A stretch of 64,000 nt of DNA from Armatimonadota bacterium. Lineage in GTDB: Bacteria > Armatimonadota > SYMT01. A program made the translations under genes and the position numbers. Below the pieces are notes generated by a model, which was not told where the DNA came from, ran no database searches, and worked only from the letters and a program-made list of their open reading frames with translations. Positions 1 through 9,151 of this stretch are shown piece after piece (within the stretch, counting starts at the first letter, position 1; every line of letters begins with the position of its first letter). The stretch spans positions 32,001 through 96,000 of the forward strand of contig JBKBRF010000016.1 in assembly GCA_046292385.1 (NCBI GenBank), given 5' to 3'.

Positions 1-116
1 GCCTGCTCGGGCCGGGGATCGTCTCCTACATCGCGGCGCTGCTCATCGCGGGTCTGGCCACCGGCTTCGTCTTCTGGCCGATGGGCGAGAAGCAGGGCGA
101 GCGGGAGTGGCTGTAG
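1..116 (+). CDS. 3' end of a membrane protein (partial, runs off window)
   Basis: Frame 3 reads LLGPGIVSYIAALLIAGLATGFVFWPMGEKQGEREWL then TAG at 114-116; hydrophobic helix, GC3-rich codons. Confidence 0.6.
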   Translation, partial: LLGPGIVSYIAALLIAGLATGFVFWPMGEKQGEREWL

Positions 117-379
117 CTTTCGGAGACGGAGAGACAGAGGGACGGAGAGAGCTGCAAACGAGAGGCCGGCCCCGCTTAGCGCGCTTCAGCGTGCTTCAGG
201 AGGTAGCAGCCGGGTCTTTCAGGGCCCGGTGTCGGGAGCGGCCGCAGCCCTCGCGATCCGGCGAGGCCGTGCCGGAGCAGGAAGGTCGCCAGCGAGCAGG
301 AGCAAGAGTAGGCGCAGGACCACCCGCTAACGGACGGTTCGGACTTTAGCCTTTAGCCTTCTGCCTTTAGCCTTCAGAG

Positions 380-982
380 TCACCGTCCCCGCAGCGCGTC
401 CCAAACGCTCACGCCCGCGTCCATCCGCCCGCGCATCCACATCCAGCTTGCCACGAGCTCGTCCCACGCGTACGGCACCATTGCCAGCGATATGGCGACG
501 GAGACGAGGCAGAGCGTACACCAGGTGTCGTAGAGGGTCGGCTGCAGGATGAAGAGGGTGACGCTGGTGAGGCCGAACGGGATCACTGCGATGGCGAAGA
601 CGATCACCACCCATGGCAGCCGCTTCCAGCGCGCGGTGCCGCCCATCAGGCCGAAGACGGCGTCGGCGAGATACCCCGCGGCGCCAAGGACCGCGTCCGG
701 CACCGGCAGCACGTGGGAGACGCGGCCGGTCAGGATCCGGTGGCTTCCCTCGCCGAAGAACGGCTCCCAGATCGACGGGATCAGCTCGAGCTGAAAGAGG
801 GAGAGCCAGGAAGCGACCAGGAAACCGACGAACGCGAGCACCACGATCGGCACGCGCTGGGCCCACGATGACGGGTTGTAGACCCACCCCGGAGGAGCGT
901 CCTCTACCGGGTCTCGCCGGATCGGGACCTCTCGCTCTCTCGCCCTGCGGCGCACGCTGTCCATCTGGGTCCTGGCCTCCAC
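380..982 (-). CDS. Vitamin K epoxide reductase (VKOR)-like membrane protein
   Basis: YNPSSWxQR, PVPDAxLG, WCTLC (CxxC) motif, several TM helices; start may be the ATG at 964. Confidence 0.8.
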   Translation of the reverse strand: MEARTQMDSVRRRAREREVPIRRDPVEDAPPGWVYNPSSWAQRVPIVVLAFVGFLVASWLSLFQLELIPSIWEPFFGEGSHRILTGRVSHVLPVPDAVLGAAGYLADAVFGLMGGTARWKRLPWVVIVFAIAVIPFGLTSVTLFILQPTLYDTWCTLCLVSVAISLAMVPYAWDELVASWMWMRGRMDAGVSVWDALRGR

Positions 983-1246
983 TGCGCTCTTACCCGCGCC
1001 ATTCCCACCTCAAGCCGGCGTCTCCCCTGGCTGCGAGGCACCTACCGGCTCACCCTGTTGCGGTCTCCGTCCCTAGTCGGCTCCCAAGATCCTTCAGTTC
1101 ATCCCGGGTGGCAACTCCGCAGCGCCTCGCGGTCCGTCTCGCCTGCAGCCTTCCGTTTCCAGGCCGTGCGCGTGGGGAAGAGTGCGATAGAAGCCAGGTC
1201 GGTCGACCGCCAGGCTCGGCCGGAGAGAGCAGGAGCTGCGCAAAGC

Positions 1247-1699
1247 ATGAATTCAATTGTCGCTGGAGCCGTCGCCGGATTTCTCGCCACTGCGCCGATG
1301 ACCGCCGCGATGCTGGCGCTGCACCGGCTGGTGCCTCCGCCCGAGCGGGAGCCGCTGCCGCCGGAGGAGATCACCCAGGAGCTGGCCGCGCGAAGCGGCG
1401 CCGGGGAGCTGCCGGAGCCGGCGCTTAACGCCGCCACGGTTGCGGCCCACTTCGCCTACGGCGCCGCGGCGGGCGGAGTCTACGGCGCGCTCTCGCCGGA
1501 GGCGCGCCGCCGCCCCGTTGCCACCGGTATCGGCTTCGGGCTCGCGGTCTGGACGGTGAGCTACCTCGGGTGGCTGCCCGCTGGCGGCATCCTGGAGCCG
1601 GCGACCCGCCAGCCGGCGAGCGAGAACGCGCTGATGATCGCCTCGCACGTCGTCTGGGGCGCCATCACGGGAGCCCTGACCGACCGCCTGGCAGATTGA
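1247..1699 (+). CDS. DUF1440-like membrane protein
   Basis: GAVAGFLATAPMT...AHFAYGA...SYLGWLP...SHVVWG pattern; AGGAG upstream of the ATG at 1247. Confidence 0.7.
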   Translation: MNSIVAGAVAGFLATAPMTAAMLALHRLVPPPEREPLPPEEITQELAARSGAGELPEPALNAATVAAHFAYGAAAGGVYGALSPEARRRPVATGIGFGLAVWTVSYLGWLPAGGILEPATRQPASENALMIASHVVWGAITGALTDRLAD

Positions 1700-1861
1700 G
1701 CGGTCCCTTCCCCGGCCCGCGGGCTCCGTTTCCTCGCCCCGCGGCGGTGGGTATGACCTCTTCAGAAGAAGCTCGGTTGAGGTGAGGCCGAGCGAACGAG
1801 GCAGCCGGCTGCGGCAGACCAGGCCTGTTCGGTAAGGCTCGGAAGCAGCCGAGGGATTACT

Positions 1862-3829
1862 TTGGCAGCGTTGCCCACCGTCAACTGGCTGGTCGCTCCC
1901 GCCGACCGGGAGATCATCGCGCGCTGGACTCGCGGCGGCGCGGGGGCGCGACACGAGCTGGCGCTGCCGCCCCCGGCCGACCGCGAGCGGTTCTCGTTCC
2001 TGGTGCTGGGGGACACCGGCGACTCGGAGATCGCCGGCTCCGCGTACTCGCCGCAGGAGGCAGTGGCGCGGGAGCTGGTGCGCGACTGCCGCCTGCCGGA
2101 GACGGGCGGCGCGGCGGAGTACGTGCTGCATACCGGCGACGTGGTCTACATGGCGGGCGAGAAGCGGCTCTACGAGCGCAGCTTCCGGGTGCCGTACGCG
2201 CCGCTCCTCACGCCGGAGAGCACGGTCGAAAACCTCGTCTTTCGCCTCCCTTTTCTGCCGGTGCCCGGGAACCACGATTACTACGACTTCGCCGGCTGGG
2301 GCCGCCTGCTGGCGCGGGCGCCGGTGCTGGGGGCCGGCGTGCGGGCGCTGGCGCGGGAGCTATTCGCCTACAGCGTGCCTCGCGGCGGCTCCGGCATGGG
2401 GCGGAGCTACATGGAGGCGTTCCTCGACCCGGAGCCGAAGGCCGATCCCCTCCCCTATCGGCCGGGCGTGCGGACGCGGCTGCCGAACCGCTACTACCGC
2501 TTCACACTGGGGATCGCCGACTTCTTCGCGCTCGACTCCAACACGTTGAACTCCCCCGCGCCGCGGGACGCGGCGCGCACCCGCGAGGAGGCGAAGGCCG
2601 AGCAGCGGCGCCTGGAGCGCCGGGCGCGCGCCCTCCAGCGCGAGCTGGGGCGAGACGAGCGCGCCCTGGAGCGGTGGAAGGAAGGCTACCGGCAGCACGT
2701 GGCGGCGACACCGGCGGTGCGGAGCCGCGCCGCCGCGGCCACCCGTGCCGTGCACGAGGCACTTTCCCGCGCGGAGCTGGTGGCCGGAACCGCCGCGGGG
2801 TCCGAGCCAGGGTGCGGCACCGCCGCGGCGGCGATCCGGACGGCGCGGGAATGCTGGGGTGAGGGGGCGGAGCGGCTGGAGACCTCCCGCCGTACCACCG
2901 CGGCTTACGAGGCGCTGGAACAGCTCGCCCGGTCTGCGGCGGCGGTGACGGAGGCGCTGCGGGAGCTGGAGCGGTGCCAGAGCCGCCTTTCCGAGGGGGT
3001 GCTGCGCGCGGACGTGTCGCAATCGTGGGCCGCGGTGGATCAGGCGCTCTGCTGCTGGCGGGAGGAAGTGGACGGGCGCCCGCCGGAGGAGCTCTGCGCG
3101 CGGCTGCAGCGGCTCTCGCAGACGGCGCTCGACGTGCAGCGGGACCTCGCCCGCGAGCGGCGCCTGGCGAGCTACCGGGCGGAGGACTTTGACGCGGCCC
3201 AGCTCGCGTGGCTCGACGCGGCGCTGGAGGAGTCGGAGCGGGAGCGGCCGGGACACTGGCGGATCGTCTACCTGCACCACCCGCTCTACACCTCCATCGG
3301 CAACCACTGCGAGCACAGCGACGTGCAGGGCGTCCGCGAGAACCTGCTGCCGCTGCTCCGGGGGCGCGTGCACCTGCTGCTGAGCGGGCACTCGCACGCC
3401 TTCGAGTGGGTCCGGGCGGCGGCGCTGTCGGAGACGGGGCTGTTCATCACGGGGGGCGGTGGCCAGGTGACGCTCCGGCGCTCCGTCCTCGATCCGCGTC
3501 GACTGGCGCGGTACGGCGAGCGCTATCAGGCACTGCGGGCGGCTGGGGCTCTGGAGACCGCGGTAGCGGGAAGGGGTCCCGCGGCCGAGGACGGCGAGAG
3601 CGGCATGCTCTACCACTACCTGCGGGTAGAGGTGGAGCCGGAGCGGCTGCGAGTGGTGCCGATCGGCGTCCGCCGGCGGGCGGAGGGCTACCGGCGCGAA
3701 GAGCCGCTGCCGGTCTACCACGCGCCCTTCCTTCCGCCCGGGGCGCCGCCGCGGGAGCGGAGGTACTTGCAAGCGGTGGAGATCCGGCGGGGTGCGCCGC
3801 CCGCCGCGCTCTGGAGCCGGGGCGGATGA
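1862..3829 (+). CDS. Calcineurin-like metallophosphoesterase with a large helical insertion
   Basis: Motifs GDTG, GDVVY, GNHD, HHP, GHSH; stop overlaps the next ATG (ATGA). Confidence 0.85.
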   Translation: MAALPTVNWLVAPADREIIARWTRGGAGARHELALPPPADRERFSFLVLGDTGDSEIAGSAYSPQEAVARELVRDCRLPETGGAAEYVLHTGDVVYMAGEKRLYERSFRVPYAPLLTPESTVENLVFRLPFLPVPGNHDYYDFAGWGRLLARAPVLGAGVRALARELFAYSVPRGGSGMGRSYMEAFLDPEPKADPLPYRPGVRTRLPNRYYRFTLGIADFFALDSNTLNSPAPRDAARTREEAKAEQRRLERRARALQRELGRDERALERWKEGYRQHVAATPAVRSRAAAATRAVHEALSRAELVAGTAAGSEPGCGTAAAAIRTARECWGEGAERLETSRRTTAAYEALEQLARSAAAVTEALRELERCQSRLSEGVLRADVSQSWAAVDQALCCWREEVDGRPPEELCARLQRLSQTALDVQRDLARERRLASYRAEDFDAAQLAWLDAALEESERERPGHWRIVYLHHPLYTSIGNHCEHSDVQGVRENLLPLLRGRVHLLLSGHSHAFEWVRAAALSETGLFITGGGGQVTLRRSVLDPRRLARYGERYQALRAAGALETAVAGRGPAAEDGESGMLYHYLRVEVEPERLRVVPIGVRRRAEGYRREEPLPVYHAPFLPPGAPPRERRYLQAVEIRRGAPPAALWSRGG

Positions 3830-4704
3830 ACGAGCTGCTGATCTTCGCGAACCGCCACGCCGGGGCGCTCTCACGCCTCGGCGGCCCGGCGCCGTTCGAG
3901 CGCTACGCGCGCGCCGCGGGGTTCGAGCCGCGGATCGTGTATACGCGCAACTCCGCCCATCTCCGGCGACTGCTGCGAGAGGAGGTGATTGGAAAGCACT
4001 CGCGGGTGGCGGTGGCCGGGGGCGACGGAACGATGCACTCGGTCGCCCAGGCGCTGGCCGGCACCGAGACCGCGCTCGGGGTGCTGCCCCAGGGCACTGC
4101 CAACAACTTCGCCACGGCGCTGCGGCTGCCGATGGACCTCCCCTCGGCCTTTCGCGTGATCGCGGAGAACCAGGTCCAGCCGGTCGATCTCGGCCAGATC
4201 GGCGACGAGTACTTCATCGAGGCGGCCGGCGTCGGCATCTTCGCGGACATGCTCGCGATCACCGGGGCGAGCCACCGCCTGCGAAACATCGTCCGCGCGA
4301 GCTGGGCCTTTCTCAAGATGATGCTCACCCGCCACAGCCGGCGGGTGCACCTGCTGATCGACGGGGAGCCGTTCGTGGAAGAGGCGTTAAGTGTTACCGT
4401 AGCCAACTCGTTCTGCGTCGGCTACAACCTGCCGATCGCTCCCCACGCGCGCCTCACCGACGGCAAGCTCGACCTGGTGGTGATCGAGGCGCTCGATCGT
4501 CACGAGTGGCTGCCGTACTACCGGGCGATCCGCGCGCAGGTCCACCCGGAGCTGCCGAAGATCCACTACACCCGCGCCCGTGAGGTGCGGATCAACGCCC
4601 GGAGACCGGTACTGGTCCACGTAGACGACCGCGCCTGGCGCCGCACCCCGGTCACGATCCGCGTCGTCCCCAAGGCGCTGAACGTACTCGTGGATCGCCT
4701 TTGA
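3826..4704 (+). CDS. Diacylglycerol/lipid kinase family protein (YegS/DAGK-like)
   Basis: NxxAG, VAGGDGT, LPQGTANNFA, DGKLD motifs. Confidence 0.9.
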   Translation: MNELLIFANRHAGALSRLGGPAPFERYARAAGFEPRIVYTRNSAHLRRLLREEVIGKHSRVAVAGGDGTMHSVAQALAGTETALGVLPQGTANNFATALRLPMDLPSAFRVIAENQVQPVDLGQIGDEYFIEAAGVGIFADMLAITGASHRLRNIVRASWAFLKMMLTRHSRRVHLLIDGEPFVEEALSVTVANSFCVGYNLPIAPHARLTDGKLDLVVIEALDRHEWLPYYRAIRAQVHPELPKIHYTRAREVRINARRPVLVHVDDRAWRRTPVTIRVVPKALNVLVDRL

Positions 4705-4760
4705 GGGTTTTTCGACACAGAGGGACGCAGATTGCACAGAAGAACCCACACAGCGCCGCT

Positions 4761-5084
4761 GATGCCGCAACCAAACTCACGGCGGCGGGAGAATGCTCGC
4801 TTAGTCGAGACCGTCATCGCTTCGGGAGTCCACCCCGCGCCCTCCCCACCCGGAGCGGCCCTGCCGCGTGGGTGGCCCTTCGCGGCCCTTTCACCCTCCG
4901 GCTGCGCCTCCGCTAGCGGGCGCTGCGGGCGTGCCCATCGGTTGGCTCCGCTCCGCGTTCGTGGCCTGCGGCAGTGGCGATGCGGCGACTCACGGGCCGC
5001 TCCGGGCGGCTCAAGCGACCACCCCTACCAGGGGTGGTCACAAGTGAACCCCTCCAGCCCTGCCTCCGGCAGCGCCTCCGGGCT
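4761..5084 (-). repeat. Structured dispersed element, copy A
   Basis: Reverse complement is collinear and highly similar to 45426-45750. Confidence 0.85.
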
Positions 5085-5173
5085 TCGCAGATCCCTACGC
5101 CCGGGGCATCAAGCCGGTCGTGCTTGCACCGGCTTAAGACAACCCGACGGCGGCCAACCGTGCCCAAACCAGA

Positions 5174-5438
5174 GGCGCCCGGAGGGCGCCAGTTGTGACC
5201 ACCCCTGGCAGGGGTGGTAGCTCGAAGGGTCGGGAGGCAGCCCGTGAGCTCCCCTGTCGGCACGGGTAACGCTTCCTGGCGCGGGAAGAGCTTCTCGACG
5301 TGAGCTCCCGCAGCGGCCTGCTAACGGAGCGCAGCGGAGTGTGAAAAGGCCGCGGAGGGCCTTCGTCGCGGGAGGGCTGCCTCCCGGCACAAGGGCTCGG
5401 GGTCGGGTTTCGGGATCGAAGCTGCATCTCGCAGAGAA
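5174..5438 (+). repeat. Structured dispersed element, copy B
   Basis: TTGTGACCACCCCT..AGGGGTGGT hairpin, CGGGAGGCAGCCC/GGGCTGCCTCCCG stem, GCTA..GTGAAA; closest to 31241-31510. Confidence 0.8.
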
Positions 5439-5688
5439 GCAAAACGCCTCGAGACTGGCCCCTCCCGCTTCGCACGGCCCACGCGCGATGACCGCCGGCG
5501 GATCTGCGCATCGCGGCAAGATCCTCGCGGTGAGTAGTACAAAAGAACCGGCACAGACGAGCCCTCGAGAAGGCCGCTCTCCCGGAACCGGTCCACGGTT
5601 CCGCAGGGCCGGCCCAGTCGTGGGTTCTAATCTGTGTCGGTTCTTCTGTGTCCGAGCTGTGTCCCTCTGTGTCGGAAAAGCAGCGCGC

Positions 5689-6120
5689 CTAGCTTCCGGC
5701 GCTCGCTACGCTGCCCTCGAACTCGGTGTGCTCCGTAATCGCCGCTGCCAGCGCTTCGGGGTTCGTCTTCGCGGGATCGTACACCACCTCTACCGTCTGG
5801 GTGGTGACGTCTGCCTTCATCTTCTGGAATCCATCGACCCTGACCAGGGCCTTCTCCACCTTAGGCGGTCAGCCGGCCGGTCAGGTCATGCCCTTCGCGT
5901 TCAGGACTGCGGACTCCATTCCTTCCGGCACTTCCAGGGTGGTGGTGCTGGCGGTCTGCGTCGTGTTCGGCGTCTCCGAGGTCTCCGGCGTGTTCCCCGC
6001 GGGGGAGTTCGCCGCTGACGACTCGGAGGTCTGCGGCTGCTCGGTGGGAGCGCATCCCACCAGGCCGCCGAAGAGGATCGCCGCCGCGCCGAGTGCCAGC
6101 AGGGTCGAGCTCAATCGCAT
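5689..6120 (-). CDS. HMA-domain (MerP/CopZ-like) lipoprotein, putative selenoprotein with two in-frame UGA codons
   Basis: AGGAG RBS, lipobox LVGC, ...NAKGMT-UGA-PAG-UGA-PPKVEKALVRVDGFQKMKADVTTQTVEVVYDPAKTNPEALAAAI... to TAG at 5689-5691; 143 codons. Confidence 0.8.
5836..5851 (-). promoter_or_regulatory. Candidate bacterial SECIS hairpin
   Basis: GGCCCU-GGUC-AGGGUC stem-loop; loop starts 23 and 35 nt after the two UGA codons. Confidence 0.6.
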
Positions 6121-6222
6121 CGTTGCTCCTCTCTGCTTCGCGTCTCGTGTCAAACGAGCTTCCAAGAAGAGTTTACGAGCATTGGCAATTCTTATGACCC
6201 GGGCTGCGGGAGATCGGGAAGC

Positions 6223-6678
6223 TCACTGGTCGGAACGGGCGCCGGCCGGCTTCTCCTGCTCCACGTGCGCGGAGTCTCCGATGTGCTGACCGCCGCTCGG
6301 GTCGAGCTCTCCGGGGCTGCGGGAGATCGAGGCCTTCCGGCTCATCCTGGCGTTCAACGTCTGCAGGAGCAGCTCCGGATTGGTGCGCGCCGGGTCGTAC
6401 ACCACCCGGGCGGTCTCCCGCTCCAGGTCCGCCTTCAGCCCCTTGTAGCCGTCTACCCGCTCCAGGAGCAGCTCCACCCGCTCCGACTCCGCCTTCAGTC
6501 CCGGCACCTTCAACTCCACCACGGAGAGGCCGGGCAGCGTGTTGAGTGCTACGGGACCGGCCGCAGGCTCGGCGGCATTCACGCCCGGTGAGCCCTGAGA
6601 GACGCATCCGCCAAGAGCGGCGGCAGAGAGAACAGCGGCAGAGAGCACGGCAACGGCAAGGGGCTTCCGGAACGACAT
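6223..6678 (-). CDS. HMA-like lipoprotein lacking the CxxC motif (paralogue of 5689-6120)
   Basis: Lipobox LGGC; RVDGYKGLKADLERETARVVYDPARTNPELL aligns with the neighbour. Confidence 0.75.
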   Translation of the reverse strand: MSFRKPLAVAVLSAAVLSAAALGGCVSQGSPGVNAAEPAAGPVALNTLPGLSVVELKVPGLKAESERVELLLERVDGYKGLKADLERETARVVYDPARTNPELLLQTLNARMSRKASISRSPGELDPSGGQHIGDSAHVEQEKPAGARSDQ

Positions 6679-6774
6679 CCACTACTCCTTCGACGGGGGA
6701 ACTGCGCCCGCACGACCACGACCACCCATATAGAGGACGAGGCTGCCCTCCAGATACGTGGAGAAGTTGTGCCG

Positions 6775-8271
6775 CTACCGGGTGACGGCAGGCTCGGGCT
6801 GGAGCTGCTCCTCGTCTGCCGCAGCCTCGGGAGCCGCCGGGAGGCGCACGCGGAAGGTGCTGCCGCGGCCCGCCTCGCTGTCGACCGAGATCTCCCCGTC
6901 GTGCGCTTCCACCGCCCACCGGGTAATGCTGAGCCCCAGGCCCGCGCCGCCCGCGGTGCGCGCGCGGCCCTCGTCCACCCGGTAGAAACGGTCGAAGATG
7001 TGCGGAAGATGCGCTTCGGGGATGCCGATCCCGGTGTCGCGCACTTCCAGGAGCGCGGTTCCGTCCTCTCGGCGCAGGCTTACGGTCACCGTGCCGCCCG
7101 CGGGCGTGTACTTGATGCCGTTGCTCACCAGGTTCACCAGCACCTGGCGGAGCCAGAGCGGGTCGCCGGAGATGGTGACGTCGTCCACCTCCTCGAACTC
7201 CACCATCACCCCCTGCCGGCGCGCCAGCGGCTCCACGTCTTCCACGGTCGCCACCGTGAGTGAGGAGAGCTCCACCGGCTCCCGGCGGATCAGCGCCTGG
7301 CCGGAGTCGGCGCGAGCGAGGAGCAGCAGGCTCTCCACCACCTCCGACATCCGCTCCGCGGAGTCGAGGATCGTCCGCAGGGAGCGCTGGTACTCCTCCG
7401 GCGAGGCAGGACGGCGCAGCGCCACTTCCGCCTCGCCGCGGATCACCGTGAGCGGGGTCTTCAGCTCGTGGGAGGCGTCGGCACTGAACTGACGCACCTG
7501 TTGAAAGCTGCGGTCGAGCCGCGCGATCATCTGGTCGAATGCGCGGGCGAGCCTGCCGATCTCGTCATCCGCGCCCGGGTGCTCGATACGGCGCCGGAGA
7601 TTGCTCCCCTGGATGTCGAGCGCGGTGCGGGTGAGGTCGTCGACCCGCCGGAGCGTGCGCCCGATCACCAGCCAGTTGCCTGCCAGCGCCAGCAGGAAGA
7701 CGAGCGGTGTCAGCAGGATCAGCACCCAGCCGGCCCGCTGGAGCGCCGCCTCCACCCCCTCCAGAGAGGTCCCCGCCTGGACCAGGAACGGGATCCGCTC
7801 GCCCATGCGCACCGGCACGGTCACGATCCGGACCGGGTGCTCGGCCAGGCCCGGGATCGTCTCGATGGTGGTCAGCCCCTGGAGCCCGCGGCGCAGGGCG
7901 TCCGGCGTCACCGGGAGCGGGTGGCTGTTGAGCCCGTCGGAGCGCTCGTAGACGTTTCCCTGCGGATCGACCACCTGCACGTACCGGCCCCACGACCGGA
8001 GCTCGTTGGTGAGGAAGAACGGCTGCCCGGCCTCGGCGGCGCGCGGGGTAAAGGGCCGGCCGGTCATGGCGGCCTGGGTCTCCAGGCGGTAGAGCCGGGT
8101 GGCGATCTGCCGCGCGCTGGCGTCTGCGTGCTCCCGGAGCGCGGCATCGGCGCGGGAGTGGAGCACGCCGATGAGGAGGACGTACGTCAAGCCGGCCAGC
8201 GCCACCAGCGTGAGCGCCATCAGGCCGGCGTGCCACGCGCAGAGCTGCGCGCGGAGCCCTCGCAGCCTCAC
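6775..8271 (-). CDS. Sensor histidine kinase (HAMP-HisKA-HATPase; CusS/CzcS-like)
   Basis: Two TM helices, FSADASHELKTPL, NLVSNGIKY, DTGIG, FDRFYR, GAGLGL; GTG start overlaps the regulator stop. Confidence 0.92.
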   Translation of the reverse strand: MRLRGLRAQLCAWHAGLMALTLVALAGLTYVLLIGVLHSRADAALREHADASARQIATRLYRLETQAAMTGRPFTPRAAEAGQPFFLTNELRSWGRYVQVVDPQGNVYERSDGLNSHPLPVTPDALRRGLQGLTTIETIPGLAEHPVRIVTVPVRMGERIPFLVQAGTSLEGVEAALQRAGWVLILLTPLVFLLALAGNWLVIGRTLRRVDDLTRTALDIQGSNLRRRIEHPGADDEIGRLARAFDQMIARLDRSFQQVRQFSADASHELKTPLTVIRGEAEVALRRPASPEEYQRSLRTILDSAERMSEVVESLLLLARADSGQALIRREPVELSSLTVATVEDVEPLARRQGVMVEFEEVDDVTISGDPLWLRQVLVNLVSNGIKYTPAGGTVTVSLRREDGTALLEVRDTGIGIPEAHLPHIFDRFYRVDEGRARTAGGAGLGLSITRWAVEAHDGEISVDSEAGRGSTFRVRLPAAPEAAADEEQLQPEPAVTR

Positions 8272-8945
8272 GCCGGCCCCTCCTTCAGCATGTAGCCGAC
8301 GCCGCGGACCGTCTGCAGCAGCTTGCGGTCCGACTTCGCGTCGACTTTCTTCCGCAGGAAGTTCATGTAAACCTCGAGCACGTTCGACGGGGTCTCGAAG
8401 TCGTACCCCCACACCTGCTCCAGCAGCTCCGCGCGCGTGAGAACCCGCTCGGGGTTGCGCATCAGGTACTCCAGCAGGGTGTACTCCTTGTTCGTCAGCT
8501 CGATCCGCTTTCCGGCGCGGGTGGCGGCGCGCGTGGCCGGGTCGACGGTCAGGTCGGCGTAGGCGAGCGCCGCCATCCGCGCCGCGGTGCTGCGCCGGAG
8601 CAGCGCCCGCAGCCGCGCCTGGAGCTCCTCGAAGGCGAACGGCTTCGGCAGGTAGTCGTCGCAGCCGGCGTCGAGCCCCTCGATCCGGTCGTCCAGCCCG
8701 CCGCGGGCGGTGAGGGCCAGCACCGGCGTGTCCTGCTTGCGCCGCCGCAGCTCCCGCACCACTTCCAGGCCGTTGATGCCCGGAAGCATGATGTCGAGCA
8801 CCACCGCGTCGTAATGACTCGCCGTCAGGTGCTCCAGCGCGTCCTCGCCGGTGTGGACGACGTCGACCTCCAGCGAGTCGGCCTGGAGCCCCCGCTGGAT
8901 CAACGACGCCACGCTCACCTCATCTTCAACTACGAGAATTCGCAT
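8268..8945 (-). CDS. OmpR-family response regulator (CusR/CzcR-like)
   Basis: MRILVVEDE, LDIMLP, DDYLPKPF, LLQTVRGVGY. Confidence 0.95.
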   Translation of the reverse strand: MRILVVEDEVSVASLIQRGLQADSLEVDVVHTGEDALEHLTASHYDAVVLDIMLPGINGLEVVRELRRRKQDTPVLALTARGGLDDRIEGLDAGCDDYLPKPFAFEELQARLRALLRRSTAARMAALAYADLTVDPATRAATRAGKRIELTNKEYTLLEYLMRNPERVLTRAELLEQVWGYDFETPSNVLEVYMNFLRKKVDAKSDRKLLQTVRGVGYMLKEGPA

Positions 8946-9151
8946 CTCTTTTCTCACTCGACGCGATACTGCTCCGATGCGCCACCCTGGCGCGGCCAGG
9001 CACCCTCACCCGCGTGTGCTCCTCGCGGCGCCCGGACGCCGGGCCCTGAAGGACCCGGCTGTCTCTCTGGAAAGCACCCTGAAGGGCGCTAATCGAACCA
9101 CAGCCCCCGCACAACGTTCTCCCCGTCTCCCAGTCCCTCTGTCTCTCCGTC

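Larger units (their letters stand above)
4713..5674. repeat. Cassette bounded by inverted arms of ACACAG(A)-type units (4713-4752 / 5631-5674) enclosing two structured elements
   Basis: Left CGACACAGAGGGACGCAGATTGCACAGAAGAACCCACACAG vs reverse complement of right CGACACAGAGGGACACAGCTCGGACACAGAAGAACCGACACAG. Confidence 0.75.

Noticed and set aside
4701..5600. Short ORFs over the structured elements (also 31120-31635 and 45383-45791)
   Set aside because: Their mutual similarity reflects the DNA repeat. Frames and starts are inconsistent between copies and no domain is recognisable.
5689..6120. Pseudogene or genome-wide UGA reassignment as the explanation for the in-frame TGAs
   Set aside because: Many clear genes here end in TGA, including ATGA/GTGA overlaps, so there is no global reassignment. 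Both stops fall on the motif Cys positions, with an intact downstream domain and hairpin, which disfavours random decay.
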